Source of the DNA: a virus
Lineage: Duplodnaviria; Caudoviricetes
Length of the DNA: 64,000 nucleotides
IMG/VR virus record: IMGVR_UViG_2643221939_000004
Coordinates: 22,144 to 86,143 of that record
Direction: 5' to 3' (one strand)
Position 1 is the first letter of the stretch, and every line of letters starts with the position of its first letter. Shown here piece by piece: positions 28,470-37,328 of the stretch. A model generated the notes under the pieces. It saw only the letters and a program-made list of their open reading frames with translations, searched no databases and was not told the origin of the DNA. The translations under genes and the position numbers were made by a program.

Positions 28470-28768
28470 GCCGCCACCATCGCGCGGGCGCAGCTGAGGC
28501 CGCCCTTCGCCGCCCATGCGGCCATGATCTGCGGGGAGCCCCAGCAGTCGTTCGGGCATTCCCAATCGAGGAAACGGACGAGGTCGACCAGGAAGAGCCG
28601 GTGCTCCAGCCGGCCGCGATAGACGGCGGCGGCGAGGTCGTTGGAGAGGACACCCTGCAGAAACTTGCCGGGCAGGGTGCCGCCCTCGATCCAGGCGCGG
28701 ACCTCGCTCTGAAGGTCGGCCGGGAAGGCGGAAAGCTTCGGCTCGAAATCGGGACCGAGCGCCTTCAA
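28466..28768 (-). CDS. Hypothetical early protein
   Basis: PG.FL..VL.NDL..A...P..CWGS pattern, typical of phage proteins. Confidence 0.65.
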   Translation of the reverse strand: MKALGPDFEPKLSAFPADLQSEVRAWIEGGTLPGKFLQGVLSNDLAAAVYRGRLEHRLFLVDLVRFLDWECPNDCWGSPQIMAAWAAKGGLSCARAMVAA

Positions 28769-28927
28769 CGGACGAGCCCCGACATGGCGGCCAAGGCGGC
28801 CGGCGCCGCGGTCAAGCCGATGAATGCGAGGAGCGCGCCCAAAGCAATGTGGTTGCCGATACGGCGGATCATGGAAGTCTCCCGAAATGGGAGCGGGCCG
28901 GCGATCCGAACCCGCGAAAGGGGTGGA

Positions 28928-29140
28928 TCAGGCAGCGCGAAGCTGGTCGACGGCGACGCCACCGGAGCGCCCCGTGATCTTGATGACCACCTGCCCATGA
29001 CCGAGAGCCCAGGGTTCCGACTGGACTTCGGATTCCTCGAAATGCTGCTCGCCGGAGAGCGGATAGAACTGAACCTTCGTGCCGATCGGAAAGCGCCGGA
29101 AGGCTTGGGCGAGGGTCATGCGACGGATTGGGGGTGTCAT
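28928..29140 (-). CDS. Hypothetical protein, first gene of the leftward operon
   Basis: GGAG RBS downstream of the OL region. Confidence 0.6.
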   Translation of the reverse strand: MTPPIRRMTLAQAFRRFPIGTKVQFYPLSGEQHFEESEVQSEPWALGHGQVVIKITGRSGGVAVDQLRAA

Positions 29141-29184
29141 CTAGCTCTCCATCGATCGACATCGGAGACGTGATCTATGGAGTA

Positions 29185-29236
29185 CCGTTAAGTCGGATAT
29201 TTCCGACCGTCAATCATTTGGTAGGAAATATCCGAC
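29185..29236 (-). promoter_or_regulatory. PL/OL: two repressor operators and leftward promoter
   Basis: GTCGGATATTTCCGAC (29192-29207) and GTAGGAAATATCCGAC (29221-29236); minus-strand TTGACG at 29213-29208. Confidence 0.75.
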
Positions 29237-29403
29237 TTTAACGATGCGGAATTGTCGCGCGGAGGCAGGGCCGAGCTAGAGGTTCAAAAGGGTGGATCAG
29301 GTCTTTTTCGATGCCGGCGGGGGCGCCTTGGCTAACTGGATCTTGCAGTTGTCCTGCGGGACCTGTCCTCGATTGCCTGCAACCAATCTTTGATTTGGCG
29401 AAG

Positions 29404-30039
29404 TCACCCCGGCTTGGTCCAGTCGATCTTCGCCACCCATTCGACCGAAACGTTCTCGATCGTAGGATAGGCAGGGTTGATGCTCTCAAGATCCCACTCG
29501 TCTTTGGTCGAGGAAGCCCGCAACGTCTTTACGAACAGGCGACCGTCCATCAGCTTAACGATGCAGCGCTTGTTGATCATGTCAGCTGGTGGAAGCATTT
29601 TTGACCAATAGATCAATGTCCCGTCCTCATAGACGGGCATCATCGAAAGTCCTTTGACCTCTGCCGCAAAAGTCTCGTCGACGGCTCCTGGAGGTGTTTC
29701 AACCAATCCCGCGTCTCCGTCGCCCGTTTCTACGATCTCTCCACCGTCTCCGATGTAGCCCTTTAACCGTGTACCAATCGTGAGCAATTGTGCGTGTCTC
29801 TCAGGATTAGGCAAAATAAGCAGTGGCGTTTCCTCTTCGCCCATCAGCCAGCGTGGAGTAGTTCTAAGCGCGTCAGCAAGTTTTTTAAGTCCGTCTGCTC
29901 TTACGCTCTTCTTTTTACCTACCAAAATATCAAGAATGAAATTGCGTTCCAGTCCGCCCGCAATGGCCGTTTCGACAGGTCCTTTCTCAAGGGCCGCCAA
30001 ACGTTCTTGGACACGGTCTTTCAAATTATCAGATCCCAT
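29404..30039 (-). CDS. CI-like repressor (HTH + S24 peptidase)
   Basis: N-terminal HTH, V.G.SM.P, VK.L; divergent from cro. Confidence 0.9.
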   Translation of the reverse strand: MGSDNLKDRVQERLAALEKGPVETAIAGGLERNFILDILVGKKKSVRADGLKKLADALRTTPRWLMGEEETPLLILPNPERHAQLLTIGTRLKGYIGDGGEIVETGDGDAGLVETPPGAVDETFAAEVKGLSMMPVYEDGTLIYWSKMLPPADMINKRCIVKLMDGRLFVKTLRASSTKDEWDLESINPAYPTIENVSVEWVAKIDWTKPG

Positions 30040-30121
30040 GTCGGATTTATCCGATGCGTCCAACGGGGATGCCAGTCGGAATTAAGTCGGATTCTCTCTT
30101 GTTAAGTCGGAAATATCCGAC
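30040..30121. promoter_or_regulatory. OR operators
   Basis: GTCGGATTTATCCGAT (30040-30055), GTCGGAAATATCCGAC (30106-30121), AGTCGGA half-sites at 30074 and 30085. Confidence 0.8.
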
Positions 30122-30134
30122 TAAATCGGAGATT

Positions 30135-30338
30135 ATGAGCGAGCTAGAAGCCTTCCGACATGAAGTCGAAACCTTCCTTCGGACCTACAACTGGTCGCCG
30201 ACGCGCTTTGGGCGTGCGGCCGCAAAAGATCAGATGTTCGTATTCCAGTTGCGAACGGGGCGGGAGCCGAGGTCCGGCGTCCGCCACCGCGTTCGTTCCT
30301 TCATGGAGCAGGCTGCCTCTGACGAGGTGGCCGCATGA
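30135..30338 (+). CDS. Cro-like protein
   Basis: SPTRFGR.A..D..FV..LR.GREPR; divergent from cI. Confidence 0.8.
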   Translation: MSELEAFRHEVETFLRTYNWSPTRFGRAAAKDQMFVFQLRTGREPRSGVRHRVRSFMEQAASDEVAA

Positions 30339-30538
30339 TCTCCGCGCTCGATCAGGCCGAGGCAGACCGCGCCTATGCAATCTGGATCGCGGGAGATCGC
30401 CGGCCGGAGCCGCAGGCTATGGCGGACGAACTGAACTCATGTCGTCCTCACGGCGTGTCGAAGCTTACGCCCGGCGACGCCGTCCTGATCGGCCTCGCCG
30501 AATGGCGCCGCCGCCGTGCCGAGGCGGGGTGGTCGTGA
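30335..30538 (+). CDS. Hypothetical protein
   Basis: ATGA coupling, GAGG RBS. Confidence 0.55.
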   Translation: MISALDQAEADRAYAIWIAGDRRPEPQAMADELNSCRPHGVSKLTPGDAVLIGLAEWRRRRAEAGWS

Positions 30539-30770
30539 ACCATGGGCCGCCTCGATCCTCATCCTGTTTTGGCGCTGCCCGATGAGGCGCTGCCGAAAGT
30601 AATCCCGATCCCCGCGGTTGGCGCCGCCGGGATCGTCGGCGGGAGCGTTGGCGCGCGTCCCGTCGAATGTGCCCTCCTGCAAAGGGTCTTTGCAGTCGTC
30701 GAAGAGGTCGGCCTGTCGTCGATCACCGTGTCTGGCCCGCGTCTCCATGCCCCTGAAACTGGAGCATGGA

Positions 30771-31199
30771 ATGCGCGAGTTCTCGGCACGATCACCCAAG
30801 ATCTTGGAAAACGGTGAGGCCATGCAAGCGGGAGCGCTCGCCTCGTCCCTCATCCGCCGCGCGGCCGGACCGCGCGGTCACGACGAACCCCTGAAAGCGC
30901 TGTGGCACCGCCTCTACGAGGCCCTGCGACGCCGCAACGACCAATGGACCGAGCGGCGCGTGCGCGCGCTCTGGGCCGGTGAAGCCCGCCGGATCGAATG
31001 GGACGAGATCATGGATCTCGTCGCCGTCGCCGAGCTGCAGGAAGCAAGGAGAAGCCATGCCGAATACGTCGCGGAAACGGCTCGGGTGGCGGCGCTTCGT
31101 GTCGCTGCTGAGACGCTTGCATTGGGCGGAGCGGACCCGGCGTGCGGGCGCTGCGATGGCCCTTTGGCTGGCGCCCGAGCTTCGCCCCGAGACGCCTGA
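30771..31199 (+). CDS. CII-like regulator
   Basis: WT.RRVRALW.GEARRI pattern; position after cro. Confidence 0.55.
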   Translation: MREFSARSPKILENGEAMQAGALASSLIRRAAGPRGHDEPLKALWHRLYEALRRRNDQWTERRVRALWAGEARRIEWDEIMDLVAVAELQEARRSHAEYVAETARVAALRVAAETLALGGADPACGRCDGPLAGARASPRDA

Positions 31200-31239
31200 C
31201 GAACAACGCATCCGCACGGCGGAAGGGGACGACCGATGA
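31057..31239 (+). CDS. Small basic overlapping protein
   Basis: AAGGAG RBS; coupled to the GapR-like gene. Confidence 0.45.
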   Translation: MPNTSRKRLGWRRFVSLLRRLHWAERTRRAGAAMALWLAPELRPETPDEQRIRTAEGDDR

Positions 31240-31484
31240 GCGTTGCCGAGACCAATGTCGCCGCCGACGAGCTGCGGGCCTTCATCGAGCGCATCGAGCG
31301 CCTGGAGGAGGAGAAGAAGACGATCGCCGAGGACGTGAAGGACGTCTACGCCGAAGCGAAGGGCCGCGGCTACGACACCCGCGTCCTGCGCAAGATCGTC
31401 GCCATCCGCAAGCAGGACCAGAACGAGCGCGCCGAACTCGACGCCGTTCTCGAACTCTATCTCCAAGCGCTGGGGATGCAGTGA
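31236..31484 (+). CDS. gapR: GapR-like nucleoid protein (DUF2312)
   Basis: [31 protein letters not shown]...LR.IV..RK signature. Confidence 0.92.
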   Translation: MSVAETNVAADELRAFIERIERLEEEKKTIAEDVKDVYAEAKGRGYDTRVLRKIVAIRKQDQNERAELDAVLELYLQALGMQ

Positions 31485-31939
31485 TGGGAGCGCTAACGCA
31501 CGGAATGGCCGACGAGCGGGTCGGCGTCTGTCGTGGCGCCTCGCGACACTACGGCGCCTGCGAGGCGGCACAGTCCGTCGAAGCGGACGAACGCCGTCCC
31601 GTCGCCATGACGACGGCGCGTGTACACGCTTGCGCCGAGTGCGGAGAGGCAGCGCCGGCCGCCGCGGAGTTCTGCTCGCCAGCCTGCCGCCACACCTTCA
31701 ACAACCGCCGCCGTCTGCGCGGGGCGGAGCTGTACGACCTCTACATGGCGCACCGGTTCGAACGGCCTCTCGCGAAGGTGCTGGGTCTGTTGCAGGCCAT
31801 GAACCGGCTCGCCTCGAACTATCGGGCGGAAGACGCGCTATGGCGGGCCGGGCGCAAGTCATGGCGGGCGCCGCAGGATGTCCTCGCAACGCGACCGCAT
31901 CTGAAAGCGAAGCGCTGGTTCGTGAGGGCAGGGCGATGA
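31484..31939 (+). CDS. Zn-finger hypothetical protein
   Basis: CAECG...FCSPACR; start may be 31607. Confidence 0.6.
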   Translation: MGALTHGMADERVGVCRGASRHYGACEAAQSVEADERRPVAMTTARVHACAECGEAAPAAAEFCSPACRHTFNNRRRLRGAELYDLYMAHRFERPLAKVLGLLQAMNRLASNYRAEDALWRAGRKSWRAPQDVLATRPHLKAKRWFVRAGR

Positions 31940-32217
31940 CGCCGTGTCCGAACCGGCAGCTTATCGCGCAAGATTCTGGCCGCCTCTCGGCGCGTGCGAA
32001 GCGCGTTGCCGCGAAGTGCAAGGGTGGTCGCGTCTGCAAACAGTATGTGCCGGACGAGCGTACAGGTCGGGGCGCCTTCTTCTTTCTGGAGCATGGCGGC
32101 GCCCCACTCGATGCGGAGGGCTGCGAGGAGTTGATCCGCAAGGGTATGCTGCGGCCGGCCGGCGACGCGCTGTTCCCTGATGCCTCTTCGCAGACGTTCG
32201 AGGTTGCCGGGGCATGA
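31936..32217 (+). CDS. Hypothetical protein
   Basis: Coupled; L.P.GD.LF...SQT. Confidence 0.6.
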   Translation: MTPCPNRQLIAQDSGRLSARAKRVAAKCKGGRVCKQYVPDERTGRGAFFFLEHGGAPLDAEGCEELIRKGMLRPAGDALFPDASSQTFEVAGA

Positions 32218-32576
32218 CGTCGATCGTTCGCATCACCATGCCTTTTCCACCGAGCCTGAACGGCGTCTTCCCGACACGGGGCAACCGGCGCGTGCCTTCG
32301 CCCGCCTATCGTGCATGGCGGGACGAGGCGGGGTGGACAATCAAGGCGCAGCGGCCGGCGAAGTTCACGACGCCAGTCCATGTTCGCATCGACCTGATGC
32401 CGCCGGACGGCCGGCGTCGCGACGTGGACAATCTCGCAAAGGCGCCGCTGGACGCTCTCGTCGCTGCGGGCGTGCTGGCCGACGATAGCCTCGTCCGCCG
32501 CCTTTCCATCGGCTGGGTTGAGATCGGCGAGCCTTGCGTTGTCATCGTGTCGCCCTGGGAGAGCGCCCAAGGATGA
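32214..32576 (+). CDS. rusA: RusA-family Holliday junction resolvase
   Basis: PFPPSLN, PPD.RRRDVDN..K...DAL...GVL.DDS.V. Confidence 0.9.
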   Translation: MTSIVRITMPFPPSLNGVFPTRGNRRVPSPAYRAWRDEAGWTIKAQRPAKFTTPVHVRIDLMPPDGRRRDVDNLAKAPLDALVAAGVLADDSLVRRLSIGWVEIGEPCVVIVSPWESAQG

Positions 32577-33481
32577 GCAAACAGCCCTGGCTCAAGTTCT
32601 ATCCTGCCGACTGGCGGGCCGATCCTGCTTTGCGCATGTGCAGCCTCGCCGCGCGCGGTCTCTGGATCGAAATGCTGGCGATCATGCACGAGGCGGAGCC
32701 GCGCGGGCATCTGCTCATCAACGGCAAGGCCGTGTCCGTCCGTCACCTCTCTTCGCTGGTCGGTGCGAGCGAGGAGCAGGTCGCCGATCTCATGTCCGAG
32801 CTGGCGGAAGCGGGCGTCTATTCGGCCAAGCGGAACGGCGTTCTCTATAGCAGGCGCATGGAAAGAGACGAGAATAAGTCGAGAAAACTTCGAGATAACG
32901 GCAAGTTGGGCGGGAATCCAAGCCTTAGAAAAGAAACGACAATCGAGGGTTTGGATAACCAAGGGGATAAGGCCCAGAAGCCAGAAGCCAGATACCAGAT
33001 ACCAGATAAGGAAAAAGACACCCCCGCCGCCCCTGCGGGGCGTCGCCCCCCAAGGGGGGCGCGCAGCGGGCTGACGATTGGGACGAGGGTCGATGGGTTC
33101 GAGCCGGACCTGTCGGTTGCGACCGGGCTCGGCCTGACGGCGGAGCAGGCTCGCCTTCAGAGCGACCAGTTCCTCGACTTCTGGCGCGGCGTTCCTGCCG
33201 ATCGAGGCCTCAGTGCCGATTGGCCGGCGGCTTGGCGCCGATGGGTTCGCGAGCAGCTTCGGAGGGACAATCTCAAGCCGGGCAGCGGCGGCGTGCGCTC
33301 GGCATCTGGCGCCGCGACCGGCTCGGCGATCCCCTACGCCGAACGGCTGCAACGCAACCGCGATCAGCAGCGCCGCCAGCAGGAGGCGGACGTCAGCCCT
33401 GACGTGCCGCTGACCCCGGAGCAGCAGGAAATTATGGACCGCTTTCGGGCGAAACGGCGGGCGAAGGAGGCACTGCAGTGA
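32573..33481 (+). CDS. Phage replication initiator
   Basis: PWLKFYPADW..D..LR.CSLAARGLW, SRRM.RD; C-terminal F.DFW...DW.AAWR.W. Confidence 0.8.
   Translation: MSKQPWLKFYPADWRADPALRMCSLAARGLWIEMLAIMHEAEPRGHLLINGKAVSVRHLSSLVGASEEQVADLMSELAEAGVYSAKRNGVLYSRRMERDENKSRKLRDNGKLGGNPSLRKETTIEGLDNQGDKAQKPEARYQIPDKEKDTPAAPAGRRPPRGARSGLTIGTRVDGFEPDLSVATGLGLTAEQARLQSDQFLDFWRGVPADRGLSADWPAAWRRWVREQLRRDNLKPGSGGVRSASGAATGSAIPYAERLQRNRDQQRRQQEADVSPDVPLTPEQQEIMDRFRAKRRAKEALQ
32974..33008 (+). repeat. 5x CCAGA(AG/TA) heptamer array, putative origin
   Basis: Tandem heptamers in an AT-richer segment inside the initiator gene. Confidence 0.6.
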
Positions 33482-34071
33482 TGGCAATCGAAGAGACCGC
33501 TCGGCCCGTCATCGCCGAAACTTCAAGTCGAGCGCTGGACTGGTTCGTGGTGCGCACGAACCCGAATTGCGAGGACCGCGCGGTCGCCTCCATCCGCGAG
33601 GCCGGTTTCGAGGCGTACAAGCCGGAGCGCCGGAAGGAATACCAGCACAACCGTTCGAAGCGCTGGATCGAGCGTACCTTTCCGCTCTTCGTCGGCTACG
33701 TGTTCCTTGGGCTGCCGGCCGGCCGGCCTCATCAGTTCGGCCGCATCCGGCTTTGCGACGGCGTGAAGATGATCCTCGGGAGCAACCCGCGCGACCCGCG
33801 CAGCCGGCCGATCGCCGTTCCGTCCCGCCTGATCGCGGAGTTGCTGGAAATGCAAGCGGCCGGCCAGTTCGACGACATGAGGGCGCCCATCGCCGCGCCT
33901 CACGACTTCGTGGAGGGGGAAGTCGTGACGCTTGTGACAGGCGCGCTGGCGAAGCTTCAACTCACTGTGGCGGACCCCGCAGGCAGGGAGCAGATCATTG
34001 TCCTAGGCGAAATGTTCGCTAGCGTAAGGGAACTCGGCGTTGCTGCCAAAAAGCTAAGGCGAGCAGTTTAA
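33478..34071 (+). CDS. NusG-paralog antiterminator (NGN + KOW)
   Basis: WFVVRT.P..E, PLF.GYVF, GV..ILG, P..VP..LI, F..GE.V....G; occupies the Q-gene position. Confidence 0.85.
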   Translation: MMAIEETARPVIAETSSRALDWFVVRTNPNCEDRAVASIREAGFEAYKPERRKEYQHNRSKRWIERTFPLFVGYVFLGLPAGRPHQFGRIRLCDGVKMILGSNPRDPRSRPIAVPSRLIAELLEMQAAGQFDDMRAPIAAPHDFVEGEVVTLVTGALAKLQLTVADPAGREQIIVLGEMFASVRELGVAAKKLRRAV

Positions 34072-34093
34072 TAAGATATCATTCCTGTTGGTG

Positions 34094-34254
34094 TTGACGG
34101 CATAGGGGTGTTCGCCTAATCAGATCATCGTGATTGTCTCCGACCGTGCGGGATTGAGTTCGCCGCCGGGAGACCGGGAAGAGCTTCACGGCTTCCCATC
34201 CGGCTTTCTATGGGGCTATCGCGCTGGCGATCTTGGTAGACGCTGTGGGATAGC
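34094..34254 (+). promoter_or_regulatory. Putative late promoter and structured leader
   Basis: TTGACG-N17-TAATCA followed by three hairpins. Confidence 0.5.
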
Positions 34255-34264
34255 GTGATGTCTT

Positions 34265-34342
34265 TGGCAGGATAGCTCAGATCGGTAGAACGCGCTGGTG
34301 TCATAATCGGGAAATCGGGCCTTCAATTCGTCTTTCCGCAAC
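34265..34342 (+). pseudogene. Degenerate tRNA-Met(CAT)-like sequence
   Basis: TAGCTCAG..GGTAGA D-arm, TCATAA loop, TTCAA T-loop, CCGCAAC end; stems mispaired. Confidence 0.6.
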
Positions 34343-34531
34343 TTACTCTGCCTGAACAACCCATGTTCGTCGCTCGCACGGTAATATGTTTACTACAAGA
34401 ATGCTTGCAGCAGTCTTTGCCAGCGCCTCCGACTTAAAACCTGGAATTGTTGAATTAGACATGCTGAGCATTCGAATTCGATGATTATTTTCGACTTCAA
34501 ACATCGCAGTCGAGATAATGACGGTAAACAT
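34343..34531 (-). CDS. Small AT-rich moron protein
   Basis: GAGGA RBS; low GC; antisense to the late operon. Confidence 0.45.
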   Translation of the reverse strand: MFTVIISTAMFEVENNHRIRMLSMSNSTIPGFKSEALAKTAASILVVNILPCERRTWVVQAE

Positions 34532-34697
34532 ATCGATTCCTCTTCGTTCTTACCTATTAAATACATAGGCGTACACATCAACGTCTTCTCAGGGTGGGGC
34601 GTTCGCTATTGCGGCGGAAGCAGTTCAACAGCTTGCCGCCGCAACTATCGGGAGTTCAGCGCGCCCGCTGAACGTTGCGCTGTAGCGAGATCAGACG

Positions 34698-35117
34698 TCA
34701 GGCTGCGTGAGGTCTGAACCACGGAAACGGCCACGGGAGCGGCATCCCGTCGTCAGGTGTCTGAACGCTGGCCGTGACTACCGAAGCTGACGTCTCCGGT
34801 AGCATCGCAGTTTCGGAGTTGGTCGAACTGTGAACTCGGACGCCTAACACCCAATCCGGAATGGGAAGCTGGAGCGAGGCGGGAATGGACGCGAAAGCTT
34901 CCGTCACCATTGTTCCTGGGCGAGGGGGCTCCGCGGTGAAACTTAGGTCGAGAATTCCGTCCGCCGGGGGCGCGATGTACATCCACGGAGACAATTCACC
35001 GCCGCTCCAACCGCCTGTATTCACCATCCCCTTCGCTTCAATCTTTAGGCTCTTTCCTCCAGTTTCTTGCTCGACGGAAACGCGAACTTCGGAAACGCTG
35101 TAGACCAAGACGCGCAT
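34698..35117 (-). CDS. Antisense moron protein of unknown function
   Basis: GGAGGA RBS; G.V.TGGW...L.P..Y..PP.DGI.D..F pattern. Confidence 0.7.
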   Translation of the reverse strand: MRVLVYSVSEVRVSVEQETGGKSLKIEAKGMVNTGGWSGGELSPWMYIAPPADGILDLSFTAEPPRPGTMVTEAFASIPASLQLPIPDWVLGVRVHSSTNSETAMLPETSASVVTASVQTPDDGMPLPWPFPWFRPHAA

Positions 35118-35310
35118 TTTATCCTCCGGTTGCTGTGACAGGCCAAAGTTTGCATGACTGATCGTTCGCCTCAAGGGGTATCGACTGGAAGTTTACCGAA
35201 AGGAAGTTTGCCTCCTTCAACGTGGCCTTCTGCAAACAAGGCTGAGCTCTGCAAGCGTCATCACGACCGGTAGAAGCAGCGGTAGGAGGCGCGCGTGAAC
35301 GCAAGGTCGA

Positions 35311-35970
35311 ATGTCCATGGCCGTCGTCTCCCTCCCGCTCCTGTGCCGGCCCGCGCCACCTCCCGAGTTCTGCCGCCTTGACGGTACAACGACGGACCGG
35401 CCGTTCGGCCCTGCGCTAGAACTGGAGGAATGGGCAAGGGCGACCTTCATCGCCGGCGATGGCATCCTCGCCAATCCCGACCACCAGCACCTTCAGCATG
35501 CCGAGATCGGGATGCTGTGGTGCGCGGCCCCAAACGCCCGGCAGATGATGGCGGTGGTCGGGCAGGCGGAGACGGGCGTCTTTCGCGGCGCTCGCTGGCA
35601 GAAGGCCCGGCAGGAACAGCAGATGGTGGAATGGTTCGGCCTCGTGCCGGACTTCATCGTCACCTTCCATGCCGACTATGCAGCCGAGTGCGACGACGCC
35701 TCGTTCTGTTCCCTGGTCGAGCATGAGCTTTACCACTGTGGGCAGGAGCGCGACCCTTACGGCAGCCCGAAGTTTCGGAAGGACGGATCGCCGGCCTTCA
35801 CGCTTCGCGGCCACGACGTGGAAGAGTTCGTCGGCGTGGTCGAGCGCTATGGCGTCGGCGCTGCTGCGGGCAAGACGGCCGATCTGGTGCGGGCGGCGAA
35901 CAGGGGGCCGATCGTCTCGGTTTCGCTGATCCATGGCGCTTGCGGAACCTGCGGGAGGCGCGTCGCCTGA
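35311..35970 (+). CDS. Phage putative metallopeptidase
   Basis: LVEHELYH, HDVEEF.GVV.RYG. Confidence 0.85.
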   Translation: MSMAVVSLPLLCRPAPPPEFCRLDGTTTDRPFGPALELEEWARATFIAGDGILANPDHQHLQHAEIGMLWCAAPNARQMMAVVGQAETGVFRGARWQKARQEQQMVEWFGLVPDFIVTFHADYAAECDDASFCSLVEHELYHCGQERDPYGSPKFRKDGSPAFTLRGHDVEEFVGVVERYGVGAAAGKTADLVRAANRGPIVSVSLIHGACGTCGRRVA

Positions 35971-35993
35971 CTTGATGGGTTCTTGATAGACCG

Positions 35994-36494
35994 ATGGCGA
36001 AGGGCAAGCTGACGGACGAGGTCCGAACCCATATCGTTCAGGGACTTGCGTGCTTCGACAGCCCGTCCGTCGTGGCGGCCTCAGTCAAGAAAGAGTTCGA
36101 CGTTACCGTCTCACCACAGGCGGTCGAGGCTTACGATCCGACGAAGCGCGCTGGCCGGAACCTCTCGGAGAAGTGGCGCACGCTCTTCGAGGCCGCGCGG
36201 ACCTCCTTTGTGGAGGACACGGCGCGCATCGGGATCTCCCATCGGGCGGTCCGCCTCCGCGCCCTCCAACGCATGGCGGAGAAGGCGGAGGACATGCGCA
36301 ACCTCGCGCTCGCGGCCCAGCTCCTAGAGCAAGCGGCGAAGGAAATGGGCGAGGCCTATTCCAACCGCCACCGGCTCGAACACACCGGGAAGAACGGCGG
36401 GCCGATCGAGCATGCGGTCAGTGCGAAGGACATGACGGACGATGAACTTGCCCGTATCGCCTTCGGCGGCAGCGGCGGAGCTTCTGCGGCGTAG
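35994..36494 (+). CDS. Terminase small subunit (DUF2280)
   Basis: IVQ.LACFD.PS.V, YDPTK, LEQAAKE.G, EHTGKNGGPI. Confidence 0.88.
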   Translation: MAKGKLTDEVRTHIVQGLACFDSPSVVAASVKKEFDVTVSPQAVEAYDPTKRAGRNLSEKWRTLFEAARTSFVEDTARIGISHRAVRLRALQRMAEKAEDMRNLALAAQLLEQAAKEMGEAYSNRHRLEHTGKNGGPIEHAVSAKDMTDDELARIAFGGSGGASAA

Positions 36495-36518
36495 GTGAGC
36501 GCGGGAAAGCCGGATCGG
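36423..36518 (+). repeat. 96-bp direct repeat, copy 1 (terS end / dead terL start)
   Basis: 94/96 identical to 37329-37424. Confidence 0.95.
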
Positions 36519-36631
36519 GATACTTCCAGATGCGGCGTGGCCAGCTTGATGATGTGTACGCCGCCGGGCTCGGCCAAGAGCGTCCGTGCCGAAGCTGAAA
36601 TACGGCAGTTCAGCGAAGCTTAGACCTCTAA

Positions 36632-37234
36632 TCAGATCGGGTAGTTGGCTTCTGGCGGAGGATTTGTCTCCCATTCAAGCGGCACTATATCCTCTCCATG
36701 ACGGACAAAGAACCACTCCATGAGGATGTAGCAACTAAGTCTGAACCTACGACGAGGGTCTTGTAGAACACTAACAAGATCGGGAACGCCCGCGCGATAC
36801 TGTACGTGAGGTGGATCGATTTGATTTCCTGGCGAAAAAACTTGATCGGTTAGTGAATCAAAGCCTCTCTCCACTATGAAATTAAGATCACGACAATAAG
36901 ATGAGACTGGTTCGTCTGAATATGATCCAATCTCGATGTTGTGCGCAAATCTGTTTCGAATTTTTCCAATTAATATTACGTCACTATGCACCAAATCATT
37001 TATTAAGCCGAGCTTTAATGCAGAGTCGCATAGAGTTCCGTATTTTCCAACCGGTTCCACTATGCCAGATAATACATTGTCGCAATATTTAGGTTCATTT
37101 CGTATCTTTCTCTTCGTAATATTTCGAAGGGCCATCTCGATTGCCGTGGCGCACACGATGGCATCGGCTCGATCGGCTGACCCGATGTACCGCTCGAAAT
37201 TGAATGGGTTCACGGCAGGGCGTTTCTTGGCCAT
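36632..37234 (-). CDS. HEPN-domain protein, MtlR-like
   Basis: DRA.AIV.A..IE..L, A.KLGLI, I.KIRNRFAH (RxxxxH); low GC. Confidence 0.75.
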   Translation of the reverse strand: MAKKRPAVNPFNFERYIGSADRADAIVCATAIEMALRNITKRKIRNEPKYCDNVLSGIVEPVGKYGTLCDSALKLGLINDLVHSDVILIGKIRNRFAHNIEIGSYSDEPVSSYCRDLNFIVERGFDSLTDQVFSPGNQIDPPHVQYRAGVPDLVSVLQDPRRRFRLSCYILMEWFFVRHGEDIVPLEWETNPPPEANYPI

Positions 37235-37328
37235 TGGCTAAAATTTTGCTCCTATATCAACCGCGAAAATCGCCATTCCTTGACGAATATCTGATTGATA
37301 TGGCGGGTCAATATTCCTCGCTGTGTCC

